64,000 bases of DNA from Acidiferrobacter sp. GTDB lineage: Bacteria; Pseudomonadota; Gammaproteobacteria; Acidiferrobacterales; Acidiferrobacteraceae. Under the pieces are notes generated by a model, which ran no database searches, was not told where the DNA came from, and saw nothing but the letters and a program-made list of their open reading frames with translations. Shown here one piece after another: positions 11,462 through 20,928 of this stretch. The stretch lies in assembly GCA_027449165.1 (NCBI GenBank), contig DAIDMD010000050.1, positions 2,792 through 66,791 on the forward strand. Direction: 5' to 3'. The position numbers and the translations under genes are program-made. Every line of letters begins with the position of its first letter. The stretch's first letter is position 1.

Positions 11462-13987
11462 ATGTCTGATTTATCCTCATCCGGCCGCCTGAACGGCCGG
11501 GCCCTGGCGCAGGAGATGCGGCGCCGGCAGGCCCAGCAGAAGTCGCGCGGACCAGGAAAGGCGGTCGTCCGAACGCAACAGCCAAGGCCCGGAGCGACTG
11601 CGGCGCCCATGGCCGCGGCGCCCGGGGGGTCCGTTCAGGCGACGCAGGCGGCCAGGCCGCGCGGGCGCGAGGCGGCCTTGGCGCGGCGTGCCATGCGCTG
11701 CGCCGGCGCCCAATGCGGGTCCGACCCGACGGGGCGCGGGGCCAACGACACCGCGGCGACCCGCCCGGAACCGATATCCGCCGTGTCCGAGCCGATGGCG
11801 GTTTCCGAGTCGGCGGCCGCGTCCGAGTCGAAGCCGGCCGCATCCGTCGAGGAGGCCGTGCTTGATGCCGTGTGCGAGACCGTTGAGGTCAAGCCGGAGA
11901 TGTTCGGATGGCGCGACAGCAGTGTGCGCAAGCTGTGCAAGGCGCGACGCCGGTCGCTCGCGCAGCGCGGGAAGGTTGCGATTCCTGTGCGCAACGGCCT
12001 GATCTCGGCAGCGGCTCGTCAGCGTTACCTGGAGACGGGTAGCGCACGGGAGTTTGCGCGGCGGCATCGTCAGGAACTCGCGGCCCATGGCCGCGGTTCG
12101 GCGGAGCCGGCCCGCCCGACCGGACGGCGGCGTAGGCCGGATGGCCCGCAGAAGGTCGAGGTCGGGACGACCTTGGCGGGGAGCGCCGTGACCGGGACCC
12201 AAGTGGACCGGACGCCGGCCATCACCGGTATCGAATCGGGGTCCTGCCGCACCATTACCGGCACCGAATATCTCGGCGTCGAGCACTACGCGCGGTTTTG
12301 CGACACGCGCCCGAAGGCGGGTCCGGCGAAGGTGCGCGTCGGCCGGACCGGCCGCGACGTGGGCGTGAGCGGGACCCACTTGGGCCAGTCGCCGGCCGTG
12401 ACCGGCGACGAGGCGGGGACTTGCCGCGTCGTGACCGGGACCGAATATGTGGGCGGCGACGACTTCCAGGCGTCTTGCGGCGGCGCGCCGCCGGCGCGGC
12501 CGGCGAAGGTCGCAATGGGACAGACCGCGCGTCGCGCGTTGCCGGTGACCGGGAGCGACGAGGCGCGGGTCAACCGGGTGACGGGCGCCGAGCCGGGGGC
12601 GGCGGCCAAGATCACCGGGTCGCAGTATGCCGACGGCGGGGCCGCGCGCATGACCATCAACGGCGCGCCGAAGAAGGTCGCCTTGACCCATACCATCGGC
12701 GGGCGGGAGGTCTCGGGGACGGCGGTCGGTCCTACCGGGAAGATCACCGGGCTCGAGGCCGGTGCGTGTCGGGCACTGACCGGCACCGAGTATCTGAGTC
12801 AGGAAACTTTTACGTCGGTGTGTCGGACCCGGCCGGAGCCGACCGAGCCCGCCAAGGTCGAGGAGAGCTTTACGGACAAGCGCCAACGCATCACGGGCAA
12901 CCTGGTGGACCGTTCGGAAAAGGTGACGGGCAACGAACCGGGGTCTTGTCAGCGCCTGACCGGCACCGGGTACAACGGCCCGCAGGTGTGCGGGGGCGCC
13001 GTCCCCAAGGTCCAGACCATGACCGGCCTGGGCGGAGCGGCGGTGACCGGGACGGGGATGGACAAGCTCCCAAAAACGTCGGGTGACGAGCGGGGAGGGT
13101 GCTGGCCCGTCACCGGAACGGCGTATTACGGGCGAGAGCACTACGCTCAATGCGCGAGCACCCCGCAGGCCGGGGCGCGCAAGGTCGGCCTGACGCGCAC
13201 CGGCACGGGCCATCTCGTGAGCGGCCCGCTCCTGGGCGGCAACGAGGCGGTGACGGGCAACGAGGCGGGCGCGGAACTGGCGGTGAGCGGTACGCCTTAC
13301 GCCGGGCGGGAAGAGCCGGCGGCAGCCGGCGGCCCGGCGGCGGGCGCGGGTCAATCCGCGTCCGGAGGGTGCGGCGGCGGGTGCGGTTGCAAGCAGCGAT
13401 TCGAGGAGTTGGAAAGCCGTCTGCGCGCCCTGCAGGGCGGGATGGCGCCCCGGCCATCGGGGGACGTGTCGGCGAGCCATCGGTTCGTGGGGGCCAACGC
13501 CTCCCCGGCGCCGATGCCGCAGGAGCCGCCGGCTGGGGAATTCAGCATCGTGGCGCCGGCCCAGCAGGGGCGTTCGCGTATTACCGGCGCCACCGGCGAC
13601 CACGCCGGGCGGATCACGGGGCCGATCAATCTGGCGCGCGGGCTTGTGACCGGGACACCGGAGTTCCGGGGCCGCGATGCGATGGTCCCGTTGCCCCAGG
13701 CGGGGCCGGAACCCGTCGCGGCCGCCGAGACGGCCCCGGCGCCGGGGGCTTGGCGGATCACGGGTGATGACTGGAGCCGCAGCGAGCGGGTGACCGGGAC
13801 CGAGGGGCATTGGGCGCAGGGGCGCAATCCGACCCAAAGGGGCGTCGCGCGTACGTGCGTGATGTCGGCGGCCGGGAACCGGGAGCGGGCGCTTGCCGTG
13901 CCGGTGCCGGAGGGTAAGGTCACCGGCAGCAGCGGCAACTCGCGCAAGGGGTCCGTGGTGACCTACTCCGGCGGGGCGCGGGGATGA
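11462..13987 (+). CDS. csoS2: Carboxysome scaffold CsoS2 (long form B; short form A by -1 frameshift)
   Basis: Four Arg-rich N-repeats, many [VI]TG repeats, C-terminal VTYSGGARG. Confidence 0.97.
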   Translation: MSDLSSSGRLNGRALAQEMRRRQAQQKSRGPGKAVVRTQQPRPGATAAPMAAAPGGSVQATQAARPRGREAALARRAMRCAGAQCGSDPTGRGANDTAATRPEPISAVSEPMAVSESAAASESKPAASVEEAVLDAVCETVEVKPEMFGWRDSSVRKLCKARRRSLAQRGKVAIPVRNGLISAAARQRYLETGSAREFARRHRQELAAHGRGSAEPARPTGRRRRPDGPQKVEVGTTLAGSAVTGTQVDRTPAITGIESGSCRTITGTEYLGVEHYARFCDTRPKAGPAKVRVGRTGRDVGVSGTHLGQSPAVTGDEAGTCRVVTGTEYVGGDDFQASCGGAPPARPAKVAMGQTARRALPVTGSDEARVNRVTGAEPGAAAKITGSQYADGGAARMTINGAPKKVALTHTIGGREVSGTAVGPTGKITGLEAGACRALTGTEYLSQETFTSVCRTRPEPTEPAKVEESFTDKRQRITGNLVDRSEKVTGNEPGSCQRLTGTGYNGPQVCGGAVPKVQTMTGLGGAAVTGTGMDKLPKTSGDERGGCWPVTGTAYYGREHYAQCASTPQAGARKVGLTRTGTGHLVSGPLLGGNEAVTGNEAGAELAVSGTPYAGREEPAAAGGPAAGAGQSASGGCGGGCGCKQRFEELESRLRALQGGMAPRPSGDVSASHRFVGANASPAPMPQEPPAGEFSIVAPAQQGRSRITGATGDHAGRITGPINLARGLVTGTPEFRGRDAMVPLPQAGPEPVAAAETAPAPGAWRITGDDWSRSERVTGTEGHWAQGRNPTQRGVARTCVMSAAGNRERALAVPVPEGKVTGSSGNSRKGSVVTYSGGARG
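13069..13114 (+). promoter_or_regulatory. -1 ribosomal frameshift signal in csoS2
   Basis: In-frame C CCA AAA heptamer (13069-75), stem GGTGACG/CGTCACC (13082-88/13108-14), -1 frame TGA at 13084-86. Confidence 0.8.
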
Positions 13988-14041
13988 GACGGTGCGGGCC
14001 TATGGCAGCGGATCGGGATCGTGAGAGCGAGGGGCGGCCTC

Positions 14042-15616
14042 ATGGATACGCGTAGATCTTTGGCATTGCGGCGTATGCGGGGCGGCCCCGAGGGCCGGCA
14101 GCCGCTGGCGTCCGCCGGCCCGCATAACCGGATGCGGCCGGGTTGGGTGCGCCCGGGGGCCGCCCGCGCGCAGGCCCTCGGTGTCACGCATCCGGCCTGC
14201 GCGACCCTGCCGGATCGCACGTGCCGGCACGCGCTCGTAGACCGCGCGGAAAACGCCCGGCTGTTCGAGTGCGAGCAGGGCATCAAGGGGCGGTTCGATG
14301 CCATCGTGCCGACCTTGCAGGAGATTGCGGCCTTGGGTCGGGGGGCGGAGTTCCCGGCCCGCGCGCAGGAGTGGGCGCGCGAGCGCCTGGGCTTCGAGCT
14401 GCCGGCGGCGGTGCTGGAGCGGGCCTGGGTGCGCGGTCCGGACATGGGGGCGCTGTATGCGCAGGCCGTGTTTTCGGCGCTGTCGGGGGCCGTGGCGCGG
14501 TTTTCGGATCGGATCCGCGCGGAGCTTGCGGCGGGTCAGGGCTGGGACGGGCTTATGGTCGATTGCGGTTTCCATGCCATGAACGTGTCGGCGTGCGCGG
14601 ACGGGCGCTTGAAGGGCCTGTTTCCGTATATCTTGCGCATGCCGGCGTCGTCGCTGGTGCGCCGCAGCGCATTCGCGGGGGCGTTGTTCGACGTGGAGGA
14701 GGATGTCCGCCACTGGGAGCATACCGAGTTGCGCCGTTACCGGGAGGGCTTCCCGACGACGGCCGATGCGGGGACCCGTTACCTCAAGGTGGCGGTGTAT
14801 CACGGCAGCTCGCTCGATCCTGCGCACCAGGGCTGCGCCGCGCACGGAAGCAACGAGCGGGCCGCGACCGAGGCGGCGCTGGAACGGCTGTATGAGTTTC
14901 GCCGGGCGATCGAGAACGCGTTTTGCTGCGGGGCGGGGACCGACATTCTGCTGATCGGGGTGGATACCGATACCGACGCGATACGCGTCCATGTGCCCGA
15001 TGCCAACGGCGATATCAGCGCCTACCGGGCCATCGACAACGCCGAACTGTATCGGCAAACCTTGGGCCTGGATGCCGATCGGGCACGGCTTGCGGTGTAC
15101 GAAGCGATACGGGCGGCTGCCGAGACCGAGGGGTGGGGCCAGGGCGAGGGAATGCCGCATGACGGCATGCGCCGGCTCATGGCGACCTTGCTCATCAACA
15201 ACATGAGCCAGATCGAGTACGTCGCCGAATATCACGGCGGCTGGTACGGGGATATCGGCCATGGCGAGCGCTTCGTAAGCGTGGGCGACGGGTTTCCCGA
15301 GGTCCAGGTCCGCAATATCGCCTACTACGCGCGACTGGACACGGTCGAGGAAGGGGCGGCGGATCTCGATGTCGGGGTGAAGATCTTCCGGCACCTCAAC
15401 GTCGAACGGGGTCTGCCCATCCCGGTGGCGTTGCATTACCACTTCGATGGACAGGTCCCGGGCAGCCGCAGGCGGGTGGAGAACAAGATCCGCCGCGTCG
15501 CCGACGGCATTCGCGGCCGCTATGCGCGCCTGGCGGAGGAGGGACATCTGTACCTGCACGGGAGCGTCCAGGATCTGCCGCCGGGCAGTGTTTTGGAGGA
15601 GGTCGCGCTGACATGA
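14042..15616 (+). CDS. csoS3: Carboxysomal beta-class carbonic anhydrase CsoSCA
   Basis: CADGRL, HQGCAAHGS zinc motifs, LIGVDTDTDAIRVH; position after csoS2. Confidence 0.96.
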   Translation: MDTRRSLALRRMRGGPEGRQPLASAGPHNRMRPGWVRPGAARAQALGVTHPACATLPDRTCRHALVDRAENARLFECEQGIKGRFDAIVPTLQEIAALGRGAEFPARAQEWARERLGFELPAAVLERAWVRGPDMGALYAQAVFSALSGAVARFSDRIRAELAAGQGWDGLMVDCGFHAMNVSACADGRLKGLFPYILRMPASSLVRRSAFAGALFDVEEDVRHWEHTELRRYREGFPTTADAGTRYLKVAVYHGSSLDPAHQGCAAHGSNERAATEAALERLYEFRRAIENAFCCGAGTDILLIGVDTDTDAIRVHVPDANGDISAYRAIDNAELYRQTLGLDADRARLAVYEAIRAAAETEGWGQGEGMPHDGMRRLMATLLINNMSQIEYVAEYHGGWYGDIGHGERFVSVGDGFPEVQVRNIAYYARLDTVEEGAADLDVGVKIFRHLNVERGLPIPVALHYHFDGQVPGSRRRVENKIRRVADGIRGRYARLAEEGHLYLHGSVQDLPPGSVLEEVALT

Positions 15617-15864
15617 AGATCATGCGGGTGGAAAAGACCCTGGTGTCCACCAATCGCATCGGCGAGATGGGGCACAGGCCCCTGCTGGTCGTGCAGGAAA
15701 AGGAAGGCGGTCCGCGCTCGGTGGCGGTCGACGCGGTGGGGTGCATCCCCGGGGATTGGGTGATATGCGTGGGATCGTCGGCGGCCCGCGAGGCGGCCGG
15801 CAGCAAGGAGTATCCCTCGGATCTCACCATTATCGGGATCATCGACAACTGGAGCCCGGAGTGA
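15613..15864 (+). CDS. csoS4A: Pentameric vertex protein CsoS4A
   Basis: MKIMRVEKTLVSTNRI, VGSSAAREAAG. Confidence 0.96.
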   Translation: MKIMRVEKTLVSTNRIGEMGHRPLLVVQEKEGGPRSVAVDAVGCIPGDWVICVGSSAAREAAGSKEYPSDLTIIGIIDNWSPE

Positions 15865-15865
15865 G

Positions 15866-16111
15866 ATGGAGATCATGCGCGTGGTCTCGGATCTGGTGGT
15901 GACGCGGCGCGGGCCCGGCTTGAAGCAGACGTCCTTGCGGGTCCTCGCAGACAGCGCCGGGCGGCTCAATGTGGCCACCGATCCGGTCGGGGCGCCGCCC
16001 GGGAAATGGGTTTTTACCGTGTCGGGATCGGCGGCGCGGTACGCGCAAGGGGATTTCGATGTCCACACCGACCTGACCATCGGGGGGATCATCGATTTTT
16101 GGGAGCCGTAA
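15866..16111 (+). CDS. csoS4B: Pentameric vertex protein CsoS4B
   Basis: MEIMRV, GSAAR, TDLTIGGIID. Confidence 0.96.
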   Translation: MEIMRVVSDLVVTRRGPGLKQTSLRVLADSAGRLNVATDPVGAPPGKWVFTVSGSAARYAQGDFDVHTDLTIGGIIDFWEP

Positions 16112-16149
16112 GGCGGGTTTTTGAATAGGGTCCGTATGGAGGGATGGAA

Positions 16150-16446
16150 ATGGCAGATGTGACGGGTATTGCATTGGGCATGATCGAGACGCGGGGCCTG
16201 GTCCCGGCGATCGAGGCCGCCGACGCGATGAGCAAGGCGGCGGAGGTGCGTCTGATCGGCCGCCAGTTCGTGGGCGGCGGTTATGTGACGGTGCTGGTGC
16301 GCGGCGAGACCGGCGCGGTGAATGCCGCGGTACGGGCCGGCGCTGACGCCTGCGAGCGGGTGGGGGACGGCCTGGTGGCGGCCCACATCATCGCCCGCGT
16401 CCACTCCGAGGTGGAGAACATCCTGCCCAAGGCCCCGAGCGCCTAG
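16150..16446 (+). CDS. csoS1: Hexameric shell protein CsoS1 (A/C type)
   Basis: ALGMIETRGLVPAIEAADAM, BMC domain. Confidence 0.97.
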   Translation: MADVTGIALGMIETRGLVPAIEAADAMSKAAEVRLIGRQFVGGGYVTVLVRGETGAVNAAVRAGADACERVGDGLVAAHIIARVHSEVENILPKAPSA

Positions 16447-16563
16447 GGGTCCCGGGGGAGGGACGGGCCGGAGGTCTTGGGGGGCGCGTGAGGTGTCCAG
16501 GGCCCCTGACGGGGCAGGGTATCGGCTGGTATCGATGTATCGGGACGTTCAAGGAGAAAACGA

Positions 16564-16899
16564 ATGGCACTGACGGGTATTGCATTGGGCATGATCGAGA
16601 CGCGGGGCCTGGTCCCGGCGATCGAGGCCGCCGACGCCATGACCAAGGCGGCGGAGGTGCGTCTGATCGGCCGCCAGTTCGTGGGCGGCGGTTATGTGAC
16701 GGTGCTGGTGCGCGGCGAGACCGGCGCGGTGAATGCCGCGGTGCGGGCCGGCGCCGATGCCTGCGAGCGGGTGGGGGACGGCCTGGTGGCGGCCCACATC
16801 ATCGCCCGCGTCCACTCCGAGGTGGAGAACATCCTGCCCACCCGCGCCGATGGCAACGGCGGCGGGCGGGATGGGGACGTCACGGGCAACCTGAGCTGA
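16564..16899 (+). CDS. csoS1B: Hexameric shell protein CsoS1B-like with C-terminal extension
   Basis: BMC domain nearly identical to upstream copy plus an extra tail. Confidence 0.93.
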   Translation: MALTGIALGMIETRGLVPAIEAADAMTKAAEVRLIGRQFVGGGYVTVLVRGETGAVNAAVRAGADACERVGDGLVAAHIIARVHSEVENILPTRADGNGGGRDGDVTGNLS

Positions 16900-16912
16900 G
16901 CGCGCGGGCGCC

Positions 16913-17350
16913 ATGCAACCGCATCCGCGCATCATCGGCTTCCTGGGCCAGGCCCTGAATCACGAATACTGCGCCATACAGCAGTATCTGACGCAGGCGA
17001 GCTTGTGTACGCTATGGGGGCTCGGGGATTGGGCAGGGAGTTTCCGGCACGAGGCGCGCGAAGAGCTCGGGCATGCCGACCTGCTGAACCAGCGTCTATT
17101 GCGGATCGGGATGGCGCCAAGCGCCGGGACGTTGCGGCCGCCGCGGCCGGGGCGCGACTTAGACGAGATGTTGCGCCAGGATGCCGATCTCGAGCAGGCC
17201 GCGGTCGACTTGTATGCCGAGGCCGCGGCGTGTGCCGCGCGTCTGCGCGATCACGAGACGGCGGCGCTCTTTGACCGGCTGCGCGCCGACGAGGAGGAGC
17301 ACCTGCGGCATCTAGAGGGGCTGCGCGCCGGGCTCGCGGGGCGGCGATGA
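16913..17350 (+). CDS. Bacterioferritin-like carboxysome-locus protein
   Basis: ALNHEYCAIQQY, EELGHA, DEEEH ferritin-fold motifs. Confidence 0.85.
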   Translation: MQPHPRIIGFLGQALNHEYCAIQQYLTQASLCTLWGLGDWAGSFRHEAREELGHADLLNQRLLRIGMAPSAGTLRPPRPGRDLDEMLRQDADLEQAAVDLYAEAAACAARLRDHETAALFDRLRADEEEHLRHLEGLRAGLAGRR

Positions 17351-17367
17351 CCTTTAAGGGGGTATGC

Positions 17368-17643
17368 ATGGACGAGGGTGAGGCGGGAGTTCCGGAGGGC
17401 TGGACGCAACAAAAGCGCCCGTTGGCGTGGAACAAGCGCTTTGACTTCGCCGACTACGCCAAGACGCGGGCCTTCCTCGATGGTTTGGCGGTGCTGTCCG
17501 AGGCCTGCGGCTACTATCCCGATCTCAATTTTGCCCGCACGCATGTGGTCGTGACCATCCAATTCGGGGGCGACGACGCGGATCCCCGGTTGCGCGATTT
17601 CGCGTACGGCGCCGACGCCTGTGCGCGCCGGTTGCTCGGGTGA
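17368..17643 (+). CDS. Pterin dehydratase-like RubisCO assembly factor (acRAF)
   Basis: RFDFADYAKTRAFLD.L, GYYPDLNF; cso-locus position; alternative start 17347. Confidence 0.88.
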   Translation: MDEGEAGVPEGWTQQKRPLAWNKRFDFADYAKTRAFLDGLAVLSEACGYYPDLNFARTHVVVTIQFGGDDADPRLRDFAYGADACARRLLG

Positions 17644-17651
17644 GCTAGGTC

Positions 17652-18275
17652 ATGGCGCCGCTGCGGATCGCTTTGTATAACGGCAAGGGCGGCTGCGGCA
17701 AGACCACCCTGGCGTGGAATCTGGCGATGGGGCTTGCGCGGCGCGCCCCCACGCTGCTGGTGGACGCCGATCCCCAGGGCAGCCTCGGGGATTGGGCCGA
17801 TTGGGCCGGCAGCGAGGGCCGTTATTCGATCGCGTTCTGCGATTGGGCGGGATGGTGCGAGGGCGGCCAGCCGGACCACCGTTACCGGGTCACCGATTGC
17901 CCGCCGCGCCTGGACGGTGACGGGATCGAGGCGATCCTGGGGCAGGCCGACGTCGTGCTGTTGCCGGTCCTGCCGTCCCCGCTGGATCTTTGGGCGAGCC
18001 GGCGCAGCGCCGAGTTCCTGCAGGACTTGCAGGGCCGCCGGCCCGGCCTGCGGGGGTATTTCGTGCTGAATCAAGTGGAGGCGCGCAGCGCCTTGTCGCG
18101 GGCCTCGCAGTCGGCGATCGCGGCGATGGGCCTGCCGGTGTTGCCGGTGCGCGTCGCCCGGCGCGCCGTCTACCGCAGCGCGGCCGTGGATGGCGTGAGC
18201 GTCTATCATATGGGCCGGCACGCCGCAGCGGCCTGCGACGAGATCGAGCGGCTCATCGAGGAGATCGTGAAATGA
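17652..18275 (+). CDS. mcdA: ParA-family carboxysome positioning ATPase McdA
   Basis: KGGCGKTT, DADPQGS, DCPP; next to McdB-like ORF. Confidence 0.87.
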   Translation: MAPLRIALYNGKGGCGKTTLAWNLAMGLARRAPTLLVDADPQGSLGDWADWAGSEGRYSIAFCDWAGWCEGGQPDHRYRVTDCPPRLDGDGIEAILGQADVVLLPVLPSPLDLWASRRSAEFLQDLQGRRPGLRGYFVLNQVEARSALSRASQSAIAAMGLPVLPVRVARRAVYRSAAVDGVSVYHMGRHAAAACDEIERLIEEIVK

Positions 18276-18475
18276 GCAACCTGGAAGACAAACTGAGCGC
18301 CAGCATCCAGACTCAGCGGCGGCGTCCCGGGACGGGCAAGGCGGGCGAAGGCGATAAGCCCGTAACGGCGCCGCCGTCCGGCACCGGCAAGGGCGGCGCA
18401 GGGCGCGCCGAAGAGGGGGATCTGAACGCCGGCGGGGGCCGGGGGCCCAATCCGGCGCGCATTTGGCCCGACTGA
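18272..18475 (+). CDS. mcdB: Carboxysome positioning protein McdB (67 aa)
   Basis: ATGA overlap with mcdA; MSNLEDKLSASI..., low-complexity middle, C-terminal RIWPD. Confidence 0.82.
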   Translation: MSNLEDKLSASIQTQRRRPGTGKAGEGDKPVTAPPSGTGKGGAGRAEEGDLNAGGGRGPNPARIWPD

Positions 18476-18553
18476 ATGTCCGGACGCGCGGTACGCGGAT
18501 GGCGTCGGCGGGCGCCATGGAGGCCTATTACCGAAATCACGGGATGAAGGGGC

Positions 18554-20908
18554 ATGGCGGTTCAGTTGGCGGATTATCCGGAGCTGCTCGAGGACCTTGG
18601 CGAACACGCCGCCGAGGTCCTCGAGGCCCATTGGCATGAGGCGGCGCGGGTCTTTAGCGCGCACGGCCTCGAGGCCTACCTCCAGGGCGCAGGCAGCCTG
18701 AAGGCCTTGGGTCGCGGCAGCGACCTGGTCGTGGCCTTCGTGGAGAGCGCGCCGCAGGTGGCCCGCGAGATCGGCGAGCAGGCCGTCTTCGAGATGCTCT
18801 CGACGGCCATCCGCATGTACTCGAAGACCAGCGCGCAGGTCCTGGCGCTGTTTTTGTCGACTGCCCCGGTCGTCGCTAGGCGGCTGGGCGAGATCGAACT
18901 GTTCCGGGGTTATCTGCTGCTCATCGACCAGCTCCTGGCCCAGGCCCCGCAGGGGGTGCGGCCTATGCTCGGCAAGATCGAGGTGCTGCTCGATCAGATG
19001 ACGCTGGGCGGCCTGCGCCGCTGGGCCATGTGGGGGGTGTCGGCGTATCGCAACGATTTCGCGGCCCAGGCCGAGTTCTTCAGGCTGGCAAGCCCCCAGG
19101 CCCAGGCGGTCTTGCAACAGGAGCGGCGGGGTGTGCTGTTCATCGACATCCAGCGGCGCCTGGTCATGTATCTGCGCGCCTTGTGGGGCCGGGATTTCTT
19201 TTTGCGCCCCACCTCTGGGGATTTCGAGACGCGTGAGGGTTACCGTCCGTACATCGAGGACTACTTCATCTACGTCCCCGATGCCTACGACGACTGGGAG
19301 AGCGGCCAGGGCGAACGGACCGGGGCCCTGGAGCTGTTCCGGGCGGCGGCGGCCCATGCCAGCGCCCATGTGGTGTTTTCGCACTTCGATGCGCGTTTCG
19401 AGCTCGCGTCGCCTTCCCAGAGGCTGTGGATCGGGCTGCTCGAGGACGCCTGGGTGGAGCGGCGCGCGGTCGGCGCCTTCCCGGGGTTGTACCCCTTGTG
19501 GCGGAGGCTCGCGACGGTGGCGGCGACCGTCCAGCAGGCCGCAAGCCCCGATCTCGCCGCCATCCTCGATCGCTGTGCCCTGGCCCTGCTCGATCCGGAC
19601 TACCGGGACGACCATCCCTTGGTGGCCCAGGCGCGCGAGGCCTTCGCCCGTCTCCCCCTAGACGATGGCGATCGCTACACGGCGATGCAGGAGTCGGCCG
19701 GGCAGTTGGCGGCCCAGGCGCAGGAGACGGGTCTGGCCTTCGTTCCGAGCGCCGAGACGAGCGCCATTGCGTATCGCGACGATAACCGGTATCTCTGGAC
19801 CCCTCCGCGGTCGGACAGCCTCGGGGACCCTTTGGCCGGCGGTCATCCCCAGGTGCGCAAATACGTGAGCCTGATGGAAATGATCAACGCGGTCGACGTC
19901 GAGAACGCCGGCGACGATGCCGAGGAGGTCTGGATCCTCTCGACGGAGTTTTACGACGACGACGGCACGACCTTCAACGAGCGCGAGGGGAAGGTCCCGA
20001 TCTCCCAGCCGATGACCTATCCGGAATGGGATTATCAGACGCAGCTCGAGCGGCCTCTTTGGGTGACCCTCTACGAGAAGCGGCCGAAGGCGGGCGACCC
20101 GGAGGTGATCAACGGGTTCCTGGAGCAGCAAAAGCCGCTCGTCCAGCGCCTAAAGAAACTGATCGAGGCCGTACAGCCCCAGGGCGTGATCCGCGAGCGC
20201 AAGGTCGAAGACGGCGACGAGATCGACCTCAACGCCGCGGTGCTCGCCCTGAGCGATATCCGCATGGGCCGGCAGCCGGATCCCCGAATCGGCATCCGCA
20301 CGAGGCTTCATATCCGCGACCTGTCGGTGATGCTTCTGATCGACCTGTCGGAGTCGACCAATGACACCTTACGCTCGCGTGCCGAGGGGGACGTCACCGT
20401 CTTGCAGCTCGCCCGCGAGGCCGCGGCGCTGCTTGCCCAGGCCCTGGAGCGCATCGGGGATCCGTTCATGCTCTGCGGTTTCGATTCCAATGGGCGCCAC
20501 GACGTGGAATTCTATCGCTTCAAGGAATTCGACGGCCCGTACGACGACAAGGTGAAGGCGCGGCTCGCCGGCATGACCGGGCAGCTCTCGACCCGGATGG
20601 GGGCCGCGCTGCGGCACGCCGGGACGCTTATGGACCGGCGCGCGAGCCAAAAGAAGCTCGTCATCCTGCTGACCGACGGCGAGCCGGCCGACAACGACGT
20701 GCGCGATCCCCAATATCTGCGGTTCGACGCCAAGAAGGCGGTTGAGGAGTTGGCGCGCAAGGGGATCCGGACCTTCTGTCTGTCCCTGGACCCGTATGCC
20801 GACGAGTACGTCTCGCGTATCTTCGGGGTCCGGAATTACCTGGTTTTGGATCATGTGGACAGACTGCCGGAGAAGCTCCCGCAGCTCTACATCGCCATGA
20901 CGAAATAG
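18554..20908 (+). CDS. cbbO: RubisCO activase adaptor CbbO (vWA)
   Basis: YPEWDY, DLSEST MIDAS, STRMGAALRHA, LTDGEP. Confidence 0.93.
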   Translation: MAVQLADYPELLEDLGEHAAEVLEAHWHEAARVFSAHGLEAYLQGAGSLKALGRGSDLVVAFVESAPQVAREIGEQAVFEMLSTAIRMYSKTSAQVLALFLSTAPVVARRLGEIELFRGYLLLIDQLLAQAPQGVRPMLGKIEVLLDQMTLGGLRRWAMWGVSAYRNDFAAQAEFFRLASPQAQAVLQQERRGVLFIDIQRRLVMYLRALWGRDFFLRPTSGDFETREGYRPYIEDYFIYVPDAYDDWESGQGERTGALELFRAAAAHASAHVVFSHFDARFELASPSQRLWIGLLEDAWVERRAVGAFPGLYPLWRRLATVAATVQQAASPDLAAILDRCALALLDPDYRDDHPLVAQAREAFARLPLDDGDRYTAMQESAGQLAAQAQETGLAFVPSAETSAIAYRDDNRYLWTPPRSDSLGDPLAGGHPQVRKYVSLMEMINAVDVENAGDDAEEVWILSTEFYDDDGTTFNEREGKVPISQPMTYPEWDYQTQLERPLWVTLYEKRPKAGDPEVINGFLEQQKPLVQRLKKLIEAVQPQGVIRERKVEDGDEIDLNAAVLALSDIRMGRQPDPRIGIRTRLHIRDLSVMLLIDLSESTNDTLRSRAEGDVTVLQLAREAAALLAQALERIGDPFMLCGFDSNGRHDVEFYRFKEFDGPYDDKVKARLAGMTGQLSTRMGAALRHAGTLMDRRASQKKLVILLTDGEPADNDVRDPQYLRFDAKKAVEELARKGIRTFCLSLDPYADEYVSRIFGVRNYLVLDHVDRLPEKLPQLYIAMTK

Positions 20909-20928
20909 CGGATAGGGGGAGCGACGGC

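Noticed and set aside
11462-13987. Repeated gtgaccgg/atcaccgg motifs resembling a repeat array or CRISPR
   Set aside because: They encode the [VI]TG repeats of CsoS2; no constant repeat-spacer period and no cas genes
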